64,000 bases of DNA from Myxococcota bacterium (GTDB lineage Bacteria > Myxococcota_A > SURF-8 > G963663525): assembly GCA_963676915.2 (NCBI GenBank), contig CAXXVK010000059.1:1-64000 (forward strand), written 5' to 3'. The notes below the pieces were generated by a model, which was not told the DNA's origin, made no database searches, and saw only the letters and a list, made by a program, of their open reading frames with translations. The translations under genes and the position numbers were made by a program. Position 1 is the first letter of the stretch. Each line of letters starts with the position of its first letter. Positions 10,090 through 19,807 of this stretch are shown piece by piece.

Positions 10090-12329
10090 ATACCTATCGT
10101 TTCTCCATGGTGTTATTTGCCTCGTTGCTCTGGATCGCTTCGGCGCATGCGGAAGTCAACCGGATTCACCCCGTGTTTCCCTTGCTGGATAACGCAGGGA
10201 CGCACGTCAAGGAATCCGGCGGTGAGATGGATACCGGCACGACCTGCGGAGCCTGCCACGACGTGGATTTCATCCAGACGCACAACGATCACGTCACCGA
10301 GCACGTCCAGGCCGGGTGCATCCAATGCCATTTCGAAGGTGGAAAACTGGACTGGAATGTCGATTCCTTCGACGCCGAAGGACGGCTGCTTCGCGGACAT
10401 CTGAAACTGCATTCGCCGATGCCGGAAAACTGCGGAGCCTGTCACGGACTGGTTCGGATGGGAGACAAACCCTTGACGCTGCCGGACGATTTTTACACCA
10501 CCGGGGCGAATCCCACCGACGATCCGTACAGCGTGACCCGCAGGACGGGTTCGGTCGTTTCCTCGCAGGAGTTGGAATATTCGTACATGAACCTGGAAGG
10601 GAAACAGGGCGCGGCTCATCCCTGGGACATTCACGCTGCACGGATGGTCACTTGTACCGATTGCCATCACGCTTCGAACAATCCGGAAAAAAACGGCAAC
10701 AAAGGCTCCGATCTGGCCCATTTGCGTAACGATCCGCGCCGGTTGTCGAACGACAAATATCTGCTTCGACCGGATCATCGGCTGGCAACCTCCACCTGTC
10801 GCGACTGCCACGACCCCTTCGTTACCCACAAGGATCTTCCGTATGTCGAACGGCACATGGAAAAACTGGCCTGTCAGAGCTGCCATATCGGATCGTTGCA
10901 CGCCCCGGTTCTGGAAAGCGTAGACGCTACGCTGGTAGATTCCGAGGGTCTGCCCCGACGAACCTATCGCAACGCTGCTCCGAAAGAGGGTGAAAATCCC
11001 AACGCCGGATTCGTCACGACCTTCCAACCGTTTTTGTTGCCCTCTGCCGAGAACAAAGGGCGGCTCGCACCGTTCAACCTCGTGACGCACTGGAGTTGGA
11101 TCGACGAGACAACCGGAGAGGCTGTTTCCACCGACCAACTGAAAGCGGCCCTGTGGCAAAATGGAAAGCTCCATTCGGATCTGAAAAGCCTTCTCGATAC
11201 CAACAATGACGGCAACATCGACAGCGACCGCCAACCACTGGAAAATGCCGCTGCACAAAAAGCCATCGAAAAGCACCTGAAATCTTTGGGTGTTTCCAAA
11301 CCGGTGATTCGAGCGAGTCTGGAGTCCCACGGCATTTATCACGGCGTACAGGGAAACCCGCAAGTCAACCATACCTGCACACAATGTCACGGCAAGGATT
11401 CCCGACTGACGCAGGACATCGATCTGTCACCCATCGTCACCGCCTCGGTGCTGCCGGTTTTCCCGTCGGGAGGAAGCGCACAACCTACCGGAAAAGTTGT
11501 GAAAAACGGTGAAAAACTGGCATTGCATTATCCCGACAGCTTCGCCGGATACTATCTGTTGGGACGCGATCGGGCGACTTGGAGCGACACACTGGGCTTT
11601 CTGTTTTTCCTACTGACGGCGCTGGGCGTGTTCGGTCATGGAGCGTTGAGAATCTACGCCAGCCGAAAACACCAGGCTGCACATATAGAAACGGAAAAGG
11701 TATACATTTACAGCGCGTACGAGCGACTGTGGCACTGGTTGATGGCGGCGAGCATTTTGTTGCTGGTTTTGACCGGATTCGAAATCCACTATCTGGGCGA
11801 ATTCACCCTCTTCGGGTTCTCGAACGCGGTTTTCATTCACAATTTCGTGGCCGTCGTGATGATCGTCAACGCCTTCCTCTCTCTCTTCTATCATCTGGCG
11901 ACGACTCATATCCGCCAGTTCATCCCGAAACGCGAAAACTTCATCCAGGATACGCTGGCACAGGCCCGCTATTACCTGCAGGGAATTTTCGTGGGAGCAC
12001 CGCATCCGACCGAGAAAACACCGGATCGCAAACTCAACCCCCTGCAACAGATAACATACATGATGTTGCTCAACGTGCTGTTCCCGTTCCAGGTGATTAC
12101 CGGCATCGTGATCTGGGGGATTTCCCAATGGCCCGAACTGGCCGAAAGCATCGGCGGACTGAGTTTCGTTACGCCGCTGCATAACCTGGGATCGTGGCTG
12201 TTGCTGTCCTTCGTGGTGGCGCATGTCTATCTGACCACCACCGGCCACACGGTTCTTTCCAACATTCAGGCGATGATCGACGGCTACGATGAACTCGAAG
12301 TCGCATCGACTCGCGAAACGCGGAGGTAG
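10086..12329 (+). CDS. Multiheme c (7 CxxCH) fused to a C-terminal cytochrome b membrane domain
   Basis: Seven CxxCH motifs. C-terminal YERLWHW, FIHN, KLNPLQQ and LHN...AHVYL are cytochrome b motifs. ATGA overlap with otr. Confidence 0.88.
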   Translation: MNTYRFSMVLFASLLWIASAHAEVNRIHPVFPLLDNAGTHVKESGGEMDTGTTCGACHDVDFIQTHNDHVTEHVQAGCIQCHFEGGKLDWNVDSFDAEGRLLRGHLKLHSPMPENCGACHGLVRMGDKPLTLPDDFYTTGANPTDDPYSVTRRTGSVVSSQELEYSYMNLEGKQGAAHPWDIHAARMVTCTDCHHASNNPEKNGNKGSDLAHLRNDPRRLSNDKYLLRPDHRLATSTCRDCHDPFVTHKDLPYVERHMEKLACQSCHIGSLHAPVLESVDATLVDSEGLPRRTYRNAAPKEGENPNAGFVTTFQPFLLPSAENKGRLAPFNLVTHWSWIDETTGEAVSTDQLKAALWQNGKLHSDLKSLLDTNNDGNIDSDRQPLENAAAQKAIEKHLKSLGVSKPVIRASLESHGIYHGVQGNPQVNHTCTQCHGKDSRLTQDIDLSPIVTASVLPVFPSGGSAQPTGKVVKNGEKLALHYPDSFAGYYLLGRDRATWSDTLGFLFFLLTALGVFGHGALRIYASRKHQAAHIETEKVYIYSAYERLWHWLMAASILLLVLTGFEIHYLGEFTLFGFSNAVFIHNFVAVVMIVNAFLSLFYHLATTHIRQFIPKRENFIQDTLAQARYYLQGIFVGAPHPTEKTPDRKLNPLQQITYMMLLNVLFPFQVITGIVIWGISQWPELAESIGGLSFVTPLHNLGSWLLLSFVVAHVYLTTTGHTVLSNIQAMIDGYDELEVASTRETRR

Positions 12330-12331
12330 CC

Positions 12332-12856
12332 ATGTCTGCATCCAAAACGGCCAGACCCTATATCAATCCCTATGTGGGTGGAGCGATCCTGGGCGTCGTG
12401 CTGTTTCTTGCTTTTTTCATCACGGGCGGAGGACTCGGAGCGTCGGGAGCCGTGAACCGCGTCCAAAGCTTCGTGGTCGATACCGTCGCCCCCGATCACG
12501 TCGACCGTGTGGCCTATCTGGCCAAAACCGCCGGAGGCGACAAAAACCCGCTGGATCATTCATCCATCGCGATGCTGCTGGGAACGTTTTTCGGGGGTGC
12601 TCTCTCGGGACTGTTCAACCGGCGATTCAAAGTGGAACTGAGAAAAGGCCCACGAGCCACAAAAGGTACGCGGCTGGTTCTGGCCTTTCTGGGAGGCGCG
12701 ATCATGGGCTACGGCGCTCGTTTCGCCCGTGGCTGCACCTCCGGTCAGGCATTGAGCGGCGGGGCGGTGTTGAGCGTCGGCAGTTTCGCGTTCATGTTCT
12801 CGATTTTCGGTGCAGGCTACGCTCTGGCCTGGTTCATCCGTAAACAGTGGACCTGA
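12332..12856 (+). CDS. YeeE/YedE thiosulfate/sulfur transporter half
   Basis: GARFARGCTSGQALSG motif in a hydrophobic protein. Confidence 0.88.
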   Translation: MSASKTARPYINPYVGGAILGVVLFLAFFITGGGLGASGAVNRVQSFVVDTVAPDHVDRVAYLAKTAGGDKNPLDHSSIAMLLGTFFGGALSGLFNRRFKVELRKGPRATKGTRLVLAFLGGAIMGYGARFARGCTSGQALSGGAVLSVGSFAFMFSIFGAGYALAWFIRKQWT

Positions 12857-12869
12857 GAGGAGGATTACC

Positions 12870-14201
12870 ATGGCACCTTTCGACGTAGGCACCTGGGCTT
12901 CCTGGTCCCAATTCCTCGTATTTTTCCTGATCGGTCTGGGTTTCGGCGCAACGCTGGAGATGTCCGGCTTCGGTGATTCTCGAAGACTGGCGGCGCAATT
13001 CTACCTTCGAGACATGACGGTACTCAAGGTGATGTTCACAGGTATCATCACCGCCGGAACGCTGATCTTCCTTTCGACATCGATGGGATGGCTCGATTTC
13101 GAACGAATTTGGGTAAATCATACCTATTTGTATCCCGGCATTGTCGGCGGACTGATTATGGGCGTCGGCTTCATCATTGGCGGTTTTTGCCCGGGAACGT
13201 CCATCGTCGCCACCTCTACGCTTAAAGTGGACGGCGCGATGTTCGCTTTCGGCGTCGGATTCGGAATTTTTCTGTTCAGCGAAACCGTCCATCTTTTCGA
13301 AGGGTTCTGGACGAGCAGCTACATGGGACGTTTAACAATCGGCGACTGGCTTGGGGTAGACCTGGGCGTGGCGCTGGTGCTCGTCGTGTTGATGGCGCTC
13401 GTCATGTTCTACGGCGGCGAAATCGCCGAGAAAATTTTCGGCCAGGGTATCGCCTGGAAGGACGTGCGACTGCTACCGTCGAGCAAAGCGAAACTCGCGG
13501 CGGCATCCGTGCTGGTCGTCGTGGCGCTCGTAACGGCGGGAATGGGACAACCTTCGCTGGATGACCGCTGGGATAGGGTAGCCGACAAGTCCGAAACTCA
13601 AATGAAAGATCGGGCGGTGTATATCCATCCGGGCGAGGTGGTCGAGTTGAAGTCGAACCCGTCATTGTACGTCACGATTCTGGATGTTCGTAACGAGGCC
13701 GATTTCAACCTGTTTCACATTATGGGAGCGCGTCGCGTCGATGCGAAACGTTTTGACGACCCTGAATTTTTGCGCTCGTTGACCAAACTTCCCGACAACA
13801 ACGTCACGTTCGTGATTTCCAACGGCGAAAAAGTCTCCACCGCCGCGTGGAAAAATCTCGTCGCTTTCGGATTACCCAACGTATACATCGTCGAAGGCGG
13901 CTACAACAAGTGGCTGGAAGTTTACAAACCGGACGAATGCGTTGCTAAAAAGCGTGAAAAACGTCCAACCGATACCGAAGAAACCCTACAGTACGCCTTT
14001 TTGCAGGCGGTTGGCGCACGTGACTACGCCGCCCATCCCGATTGTGCCTGCAAAGAGTACCCGACGGACTGCTTCCTGGCATCGCATCCCGAATTACCGC
14101 AACGGCCCATGATCACGCACAACCCTCACGCGCCGAAGATAACGTACGAGCGTAAGGTGAAGGTGAAATCCAAGAAGAAAGTCAGCGGCGGCTGCGGGTG
14201 A
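12870..14201 (+). CDS. YeeE/YedE half fused to a rhodanese-like domain
   Basis: GGFCPGT in the membrane part, then ILDVRNEADFNLFHIMGA and VYIVEGGYNKW. C-terminal GGCG. ATG follows GAGGAGG. Confidence 0.85.
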   Translation: MAPFDVGTWASWSQFLVFFLIGLGFGATLEMSGFGDSRRLAAQFYLRDMTVLKVMFTGIITAGTLIFLSTSMGWLDFERIWVNHTYLYPGIVGGLIMGVGFIIGGFCPGTSIVATSTLKVDGAMFAFGVGFGIFLFSETVHLFEGFWTSSYMGRLTIGDWLGVDLGVALVLVVLMALVMFYGGEIAEKIFGQGIAWKDVRLLPSSKAKLAAASVLVVVALVTAGMGQPSLDDRWDRVADKSETQMKDRAVYIHPGEVVELKSNPSLYVTILDVRNEADFNLFHIMGARRVDAKRFDDPEFLRSLTKLPDNNVTFVISNGEKVSTAAWKNLVAFGLPNVYIVEGGYNKWLEVYKPDECVAKKREKRPTDTEETLQYAFLQAVGARDYAAHPDCACKEYPTDCFLASHPELPQRPMITHNPHAPKITYERKVKVKSKKKVSGGCG

Positions 14202-14450
14202 TTCCAACAAAAACCTTGCCGAATGCGGGAAGGCTAAAAGTACCTGAAAGTAGAGCAGAAAAAGGTCGGAGAAAACGTATCCGGCCTTTTTCGTTTGTTC
14301 GATGAAAACTTTTTCGAGTCATTTCGACAAAAAAGGGATTGCGCAAGGCATCCCCTGAAAAAAAATGCGATGCAATTTTGTAGTCGTCCCTGAAAAAGTC
14401 CTCTGAAGAGATTTCAAGCGACTGCAGAAGTGATGAGGACACCTTGTTGG

Positions 14451-14529
14451 CCTCTCGATGGACGGGGATTGCATCCCCGTCCGCATGGTTTTCTCAAAGC
14501 AAAACATGAGGAGCAGGATGCAATCCTGC
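14451..14529. repeat. REP-doublet (REPIN-like) element, copy 1
   Basis: 79-bp near-identical direct repeat of 14887..14965, containing hairpins GGACGGGGAT-TGC-ATCCCCGTCC and GCAGGAT-GCA-ATCCTGC. Confidence 0.75.
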
Positions 14530-14612
14530 CCAATAAACGTTTGGGTTCAGATTGAAAACCTGAACCAATCTGGAAGTTCTGATTTATAACCCGGACCCTG
14601 AACCTGGCAAGA

Positions 14613-14879
14613 TTACTCTGCTTCTTTAAAAAAACGAATGAAACTAAGAATGCCTCTTACGGTTAACCAAATACCAAGGCTAAAAAATATTATAAAAGCA
14701 ATTGCATGACCTACGATTGCACCTCCAGCTTCAGGGCTATTTGACGAAACGGCAGCCTCAAGAGACGGATCATCAACTATCATCATTTTTATTGAATGAA
14801 ACAATAGAAACAAACCGAACACTACACTAATCGGCCTAATCTTAATTTTTTTCTCATCTTTTGTGTTTTCTTGATCCAT
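14613..14879 (-). CDS. Small AT-rich membrane protein (88 aa, 2 TM)
   Basis: MDQENTKDEKK... with RBS AAGAGG, two hydrophobic segments, lying between the two repeats. Confidence 0.6.
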   Translation of the reverse strand: MDQENTKDEKKIKIRPISVVFGLFLLFHSIKMMIVDDPSLEAAVSSNSPEAGGAIVGHAIAFIIFFSLGIWLTVRGILSFIRFFKEAE

Positions 14880-14886
14880 GGATTTC

Positions 14887-14965
14887 CCTCTTGATGGACG
14901 GGGATTGCATCCCCGTCCGCATGGTTTTCTCAAAGCAAAACGTGAGGAGCAGGATGCAATCCTGC
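14887..14965. repeat. REP-doublet (REPIN-like) element, copy 2
   Basis: Two related palindromes (GATGGA..GGATTGCATCC..TCC) in inverted orientation. Confidence 0.75.
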
Positions 14966-15028
14966 TCCATCCATTCCACAAAACTCGAACGTTTCGGCCT
15001 AAATTATCCCGAAAACGACCGAAATGAC

Positions 15029-15610
15029 CTATCTTTTCCCGAAGGAAATTTCTACGTCGTTGCGATGCTCCGGGTTGATCTGCCATAGGTTGCGCGAGGT
15101 GAAATTGAAGACGTTGGCGACGAACACGTCCGGGAATTGCTCGATACGGATATTGAAAATGTTCACCGCGTCGTTGTAAAACTCCCGCCGGTCGGCGATC
15201 TGGTCTTCGATCTGCGTTACACGGGCCTGCAACTGACGAAAAGCAGTATCGGCCTTGAGATCGGGATAGCGCTCGACCACGGCGAACAGTGACCGCAGCG
15301 CCTGGCTGATCTGGTTCTGAGCTTCCAGCCGGGCTTCGTCACCGGCGGCCTGATTGAGCTGGGAACGGGCTTTGACCACGGCTTCGAGCGTCTCTCGTTC
15401 GTGGTCCATGTAGCCTTCGCAAACCTTGACCAGTTTCGGCAATTCGTCGAAACGCTGTTTCAAGAGTACGTCGATGTTGCTCCAGGCTTTATCGATGTTG
15501 TGCTTGAGTCCCACCAAGCCGTTGTAGATCATGATGACGTAGCCGATTACGCCCAGAATCATCAACAAAATCACGGCGATCAAGACCAATGCGACCGTAC
15601 CGGTATCCAT
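15029..15610 (-). CDS. lemA: LemA family protein
   Basis: N-terminal TM, YNGLV, AWSNIDVLLKQRFDELPKLV, VERYPDLKAD and RREFYNDAV..FN.RIEQFP. Confidence 0.93.
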   Translation of the reverse strand: MDTGTVALVLIAVILLMILGVIGYVIMIYNGLVGLKHNIDKAWSNIDVLLKQRFDELPKLVKVCEGYMDHERETLEAVVKARSQLNQAAGDEARLEAQNQISQALRSLFAVVERYPDLKADTAFRQLQARVTQIEDQIADRREFYNDAVNIFNIRIEQFPDVFVANVFNFTSRNLWQINPEHRNDVEISFGKR

Positions 15611-15796
15611 GTTCCGTTTCCTTTCTTGCGAAAAAACGAACCGCAGACAAAGGACTTGCATACATCAGGCATTTTGCAAAAATTTTCGCGATCTCTTCGT
15701 GCCATAGTCTTCCACGCGAAACGCGGAAGGCTGTGACACCCCGATATCTCTGTTTTCATGCAATAGCTTTTAATAAGTCCTCTGTACAATTTCCGT

Positions 15797-17788
15797 TCAG
15801 GCTATGGTTTTCAACAATAATACCACACCCCCTGCCAAAGATCCAAGCGCCCCTAGAAACAGGAGTCCGCTGAAAATGCCGTAATTCGTTGCCAGTCTCT
15901 GTTCTTCCCGTGCCGCGATGATGAACGGCAGCCCCTTGGTTTCGGGCTTGACGATCACCGCATCCTCGGTTTCCGGCTGCGCTTCGCTTTTCTCTTTCAA
16001 CGCTTCGTGAAGCGCTTCACGTTCCATATCCGCACGAGCGGCCTCCCATTCCTGCTCGTCGATCCGACCATCCTGGTTGGTGTCGTACTGTTTCATGCGT
16101 TCTTGGTCCTGTTTGAGCAAGCGCAGCTTCCGGGCGACCCGCATCCCCAGCGACGACTGCCTCAGCCCTCGCGTCGGTTTGGCAAAGCCGAGCACATACA
16201 GCGGCGAGCCTTCGGGAATCATCTCCTCCACCACCCGATCGTCGGGACCGAGAGTGATGGTATTGCCCAACAGCGTGCCGAGTTGACCTCCGTAAAATTC
16301 CTGCGAATGACTGGGGCGAATCTCGGCCCCCAGGGGATCGATTCGCACATGTCCGGTTTCATCCTTGAGGAAAAACGGGACGTTACCGCTGGAAAGGCTT
16401 TTGGTAAGCATCCAACCGGACTGGCTGTTATCGGCAGGATTGCGCTGCTTTTTGTACTTTCGCATCCTGTAATACACGCATCGAACGTGGGTCATGGGAG
16501 AAAACAGGTTATAAGCGCGCTCGGCGGTGCCGATCAATTCGACCATACCCATGGCCATCGACCGCGTTTTGGATGTCGGCGTGTTTTCGATCCAGCGTTT
16601 CAGTTTCAGAAAACGGAAGGAGCCGAAAAACATCAACGCCGAAATCACGAATAAAAACACACCATATCGAAGTCCGACAAGCATCCCCAACGCCAGCAGA
16701 CGTTGCCCCGGCTGACTATCGGCCAACCCGTAAATTCCACCGACCACGACCAGCGTACCGAAGAGAAACCCGAGGATTTTCTTGGGGTTGAGTATCGCCC
16801 GAATGTGGTCGATGGGCGGTGGCGGGGAAGGAAGCGGGTCCGGTTCCGGCGGGTCGGCGGGCGCGGATGCCACAGGTTTTTCATCGTCGAGCAGCTCCGA
16901 CAGTATCCGGGCGGATGCTCCGCCGACAACACCTTCGGCGGCTCGCACGGCGTCCTCCAGGCCGGAGGAGCGCGTCGATTCCTCGGCACGCCAGTTTTTC
17001 TGGGCGTGCATCTGGGCCATGTACCAGCTATAATAGGTGAAACTCTTCAGATTGCGTTGCAGGGCATTGGCGTCCAGTTTGCCGGTTTCCAGGTGACAAC
17101 CCGGCAATTTCAGAAAGCCGAAATCCAACTCCAGGGCAAACGGTCCACCCCGGTCCCGTAACCACTGGATGACCTGATCGAAATTCCTGACGGCGCTGGG
17201 TGATTTCAACTCTCCCAAGGCATCCGGATTGAACTTGGTGGGAATCAACCGTAAAACGGCGCGTAGTTTGCCTCGGTCTTCCGAGGACGTTTTCGGAATA
17301 ATCAAATCCAGTACCGGTTTGGCCATGAGAATCTGGTTGTACAGTTCTTCCTGGCTGGTTCCGGTGGTTCGTTCGCCCTGATAGGCCGATTTCCGAACGA
17401 GTTTCTGTATCGGCGTTCCGGTCAGATCGCCCAAAACCGCCACCAGAGGTTCGTTGTTTCCCAACACAAACGAGCCGTCGGCGGTGTCGAATACGAAACG
17501 ATCCTGCCGTTTCGTAAAATTTCGGATCAAAGCGGGTTGCGGATAGGGTGGGCGACAATGCTTGACCAGCCACCAGGCTACGCCATAGGAATCCAGCAGC
17601 GGAGTGACGGACTTCAGGTCGTCGTACGCCCCTCGTTTCATCAGGGCGCGTCCGAAGCCGATCAGACTTTGACGCGCGGTATAGCGTTCGAACCCGAACG
17701 TCGTAACCAACTCGTCGAGCAGTGGAGCCAACTCGGTTTCTCGGGATTGCGGTTGCTCGCGAACGACGAGCAGGTACGTTTCGTTCAT
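15797..17788 (-). CDS. Membrane protein with GIDE domain and EF-hand
   Basis: IENTPTSK.RSMAMGMVEL.G, PFFLKDETGHVRIDP.GA, EEMIPEGSPLYVLG and EF-hand DTNQDGRIDEQEW. Upstream of lemA. Confidence 0.75.
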   Translation of the reverse strand: MNETYLLVVREQPQSRETELAPLLDELVTTFGFERYTARQSLIGFGRALMKRGAYDDLKSVTPLLDSYGVAWWLVKHCRPPYPQPALIRNFTKRQDRFVFDTADGSFVLGNNEPLVAVLGDLTGTPIQKLVRKSAYQGERTTGTSQEELYNQILMAKPVLDLIIPKTSSEDRGKLRAVLRLIPTKFNPDALGELKSPSAVRNFDQVIQWLRDRGGPFALELDFGFLKLPGCHLETGKLDANALQRNLKSFTYYSWYMAQMHAQKNWRAEESTRSSGLEDAVRAAEGVVGGASARILSELLDDEKPVASAPADPPEPDPLPSPPPPIDHIRAILNPKKILGFLFGTLVVVGGIYGLADSQPGQRLLALGMLVGLRYGVFLFVISALMFFGSFRFLKLKRWIENTPTSKTRSMAMGMVELIGTAERAYNLFSPMTHVRCVYYRMRKYKKQRNPADNSQSGWMLTKSLSSGNVPFFLKDETGHVRIDPLGAEIRPSHSQEFYGGQLGTLLGNTITLGPDDRVVEEMIPEGSPLYVLGFAKPTRGLRQSSLGMRVARKLRLLKQDQERMKQYDTNQDGRIDEQEWEAARADMEREALHEALKEKSEAQPETEDAVIVKPETKGLPFIIAAREEQRLATNYGIFSGLLFLGALGSLAGGVVLLLKTIA

Positions 17789-17993
17789 CGCGCCCCGGTG
17801 TACTTTTAAAAAAGATATCGTATTCAGCCACGAATCCCAGTGTAATCGCGGACGGGATGGGTGTCAATTGCGGTCCCCAGGCACAGGGATTGCTCTCTTT
17901 GCTGGAGCATGGTTCCTGTCATGCTCCACATGTTTGTTTTATACTGCCTTTAAAGCAAAATCCCGACCTGCCTAAAAAACCTAATGATGTCCG

Positions 17994-18869
17994 TTACTTT
18001 TCTGTATTCAGGCGTTCGGTGTCGTCCGAAGTATCGTCTGCGAACATCGTGTTTTCCCCCGTTCGTTCGAACGAGGTGGGCCAGGAAAATTCGGGACAAA
18101 GTTCGTCCACTTCCAAATTTTGAGAGACACAGTACTCGGATTCCTCTTCGTCTTCAAAGACGGAAATATACTGGTCGCATTCGAGCTTCATTGCACATTT
18201 TTGCGTGGCTTGAATCGCATCCATACATTCTTCGCTGTTGTAGGCTTGCGTTTCCGCTATGTCCATCTTACAACTGTACAGACAATCCTCCTCGTACGAC
18301 TCTTCGAAAAATCCGCAATCGATGTTGTAGTCGCAAAGATCCTTGCAGATTTTATCATTCACATCGGGAACTTCGACGTCCCAGGTCTTGTAGTTACCGA
18401 CGTCTCCGTCTTCGTTGAGGAGTGCAAAACTCAGGGAGTAGGTTTTGCCCGGAATCTCGTCATCGAAAGAAAGGGTACCGCTCAGGACCATCTCGTTGTT
18501 TTCGGAGTCGTATTGCTGACTTACCTGGATATAGGAATCGGCCAGGTCCACCGTAACGATCGCACCGACGATGCTTTCCGGTGCGTCGGCTTCACCCGAA
18601 ATCGTCACTGTGAAGTACGAGCCGACATTCAGCGTCGGTTCCGTTTCCAATTCTTTGATTTGGGGATATGCGGTATCGTCGGCGTTTTCCGCCGGAGGCT
18701 CGCCCGTTTTCAGCTCACCGCCGGTGAATTGAATCGCCGAGGTCAGGCGATTGGCCAGAGCCTGGGTCACTTTCTCCGAGTCCGAACCGCTGGAGCAGGC
18801 AAAAGCGGCCAGTAGGGCCAGGATCAAAATCGACAAGATGGTTTTTCGATGGATGAAATTCGTTGTCAT
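17994..18869 (-). CDS. Lipoprotein with Cys-rich acidic C-terminal domain
   Basis: Lipobox AFAC after a hydrophobic signal. The C-terminus has about 8 Cys. Confidence 0.7.
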   Translation of the reverse strand: MTTNFIHRKTILSILILALLAAFACSSGSDSEKVTQALANRLTSAIQFTGGELKTGEPPAENADDTAYPQIKELETEPTLNVGSYFTVTISGEADAPESIVGAIVTVDLADSYIQVSQQYDSENNEMVLSGTLSFDDEIPGKTYSLSFALLNEDGDVGNYKTWDVEVPDVNDKICKDLCDYNIDCGFFEESYEEDCLYSCKMDIAETQAYNSEECMDAIQATQKCAMKLECDQYISVFEDEEESEYCVSQNLEVDELCPEFSWPTSFERTGENTMFADDTSDDTERLNTEK

Positions 18870-19093
18870 GATGTTCCCCCCTTTTCGGAGTTCGATGTTT
18901 TCTGTGCAATACCTTTTCAGTATAAATGATTTATCCCTTCGAATCAATTTCATGGTGGGAAGCTATTGCGAATTGTACCAAACAAGACGGAAATGTTCCG
19001 ACTTCGCAGAATTGTTTCAAAAATCAAATGAATCGTTCCAACCCTGCACACAAAGGGTTGTTGAATCGGGAACCGTCGGCGTACAATACGAGA

Positions 19094-19807
19094 ATGAAGA
19101 AGACGAAACCACTCGAACCGGCTCGTCCGTCCCGAAAAGCCTTGGAACTAGCGATTTTCATCGCAGGATCGGCACTGGCCTGCCTGCCGGTCGCGCTTGT
19201 TCTTGCCGAAGGATGGTTTGCCGAAAATTCAGCGGTTTCATGGACAACCTGCCTTGCCGGATCGTTCTGTTTGTTGTTTTTGTTTTTCATCACGTTCGCT
19301 CTTGCCCTTTTTTGGGAAAAAACGAAGGCTTCGTGGGTGGCTTTGCTGGTATTGCTTGCCCTTGACATCGCTCTTTTGGCGGACAAAAGCGACCCACAGG
19401 ACGTACGATTCGTGAACCAATCTTCACGAACTCTTCACGGCGTGATTCTGGCGCTGGGAGGACATTTCGATGCGGAACGACGAATGGAACCCGGCGCGGA
19501 ACACACGTTTCGACTGATCAAGGACTGGAAAAGCCTGCTTTCCGGCGAACCGTTTCGCGTGATGCGAAGCACGGGCGGGCGGTACGCGTTGCTGGGAACT
19601 TGCGGGCACGTAGCGTTGTCGCATAAAATTTCGTGGAAGATCGTTCTCAAACCGGACGGTACATTGCAATGCAACCGTCATGTAGAGGACCGGCGCTATG
19701 CTCCGTTCACGACCGAATGGCGTGCGGGAGACGAGACGAAAGCCATGCGGGAGATGCGCCGTGAATATGAGGCATCGCAAGTCCCCTTGTCGAAGGAAGA
19801 CCGATGA
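19094..19807 (+). CDS. Hypothetical membrane protein
   Basis: Three N-terminal hydrophobic segments. ATGA overlap with the radical SAM gene. Confidence 0.6.
   Translation: MKKTKPLEPARPSRKALELAIFIAGSALACLPVALVLAEGWFAENSAVSWTTCLAGSFCLLFLFFITFALALFWEKTKASWVALLVLLALDIALLADKSDPQDVRFVNQSSRTLHGVILALGGHFDAERRMEPGAEHTFRLIKDWKSLLSGEPFRVMRSTGGRYALLGTCGHVALSHKISWKIVLKPDGTLQCNRHVEDRRYAPFTTEWRAGDETKAMREMRREYEASQVPLSKEDR

Noticed and set aside
14190-14240. Selenocysteine read-through at GGCG-TGA
   Set aside because: There is no convincing SECIS hairpin, and GGCG is a plausible natural C-terminus.
14451-14965. CRISPR mini-array or integron cassette
   Set aside because: There are only two 79-bp units about 360 bp apart, no cas or intI gene, and no RYYYAAC/GTTRRRY ends.
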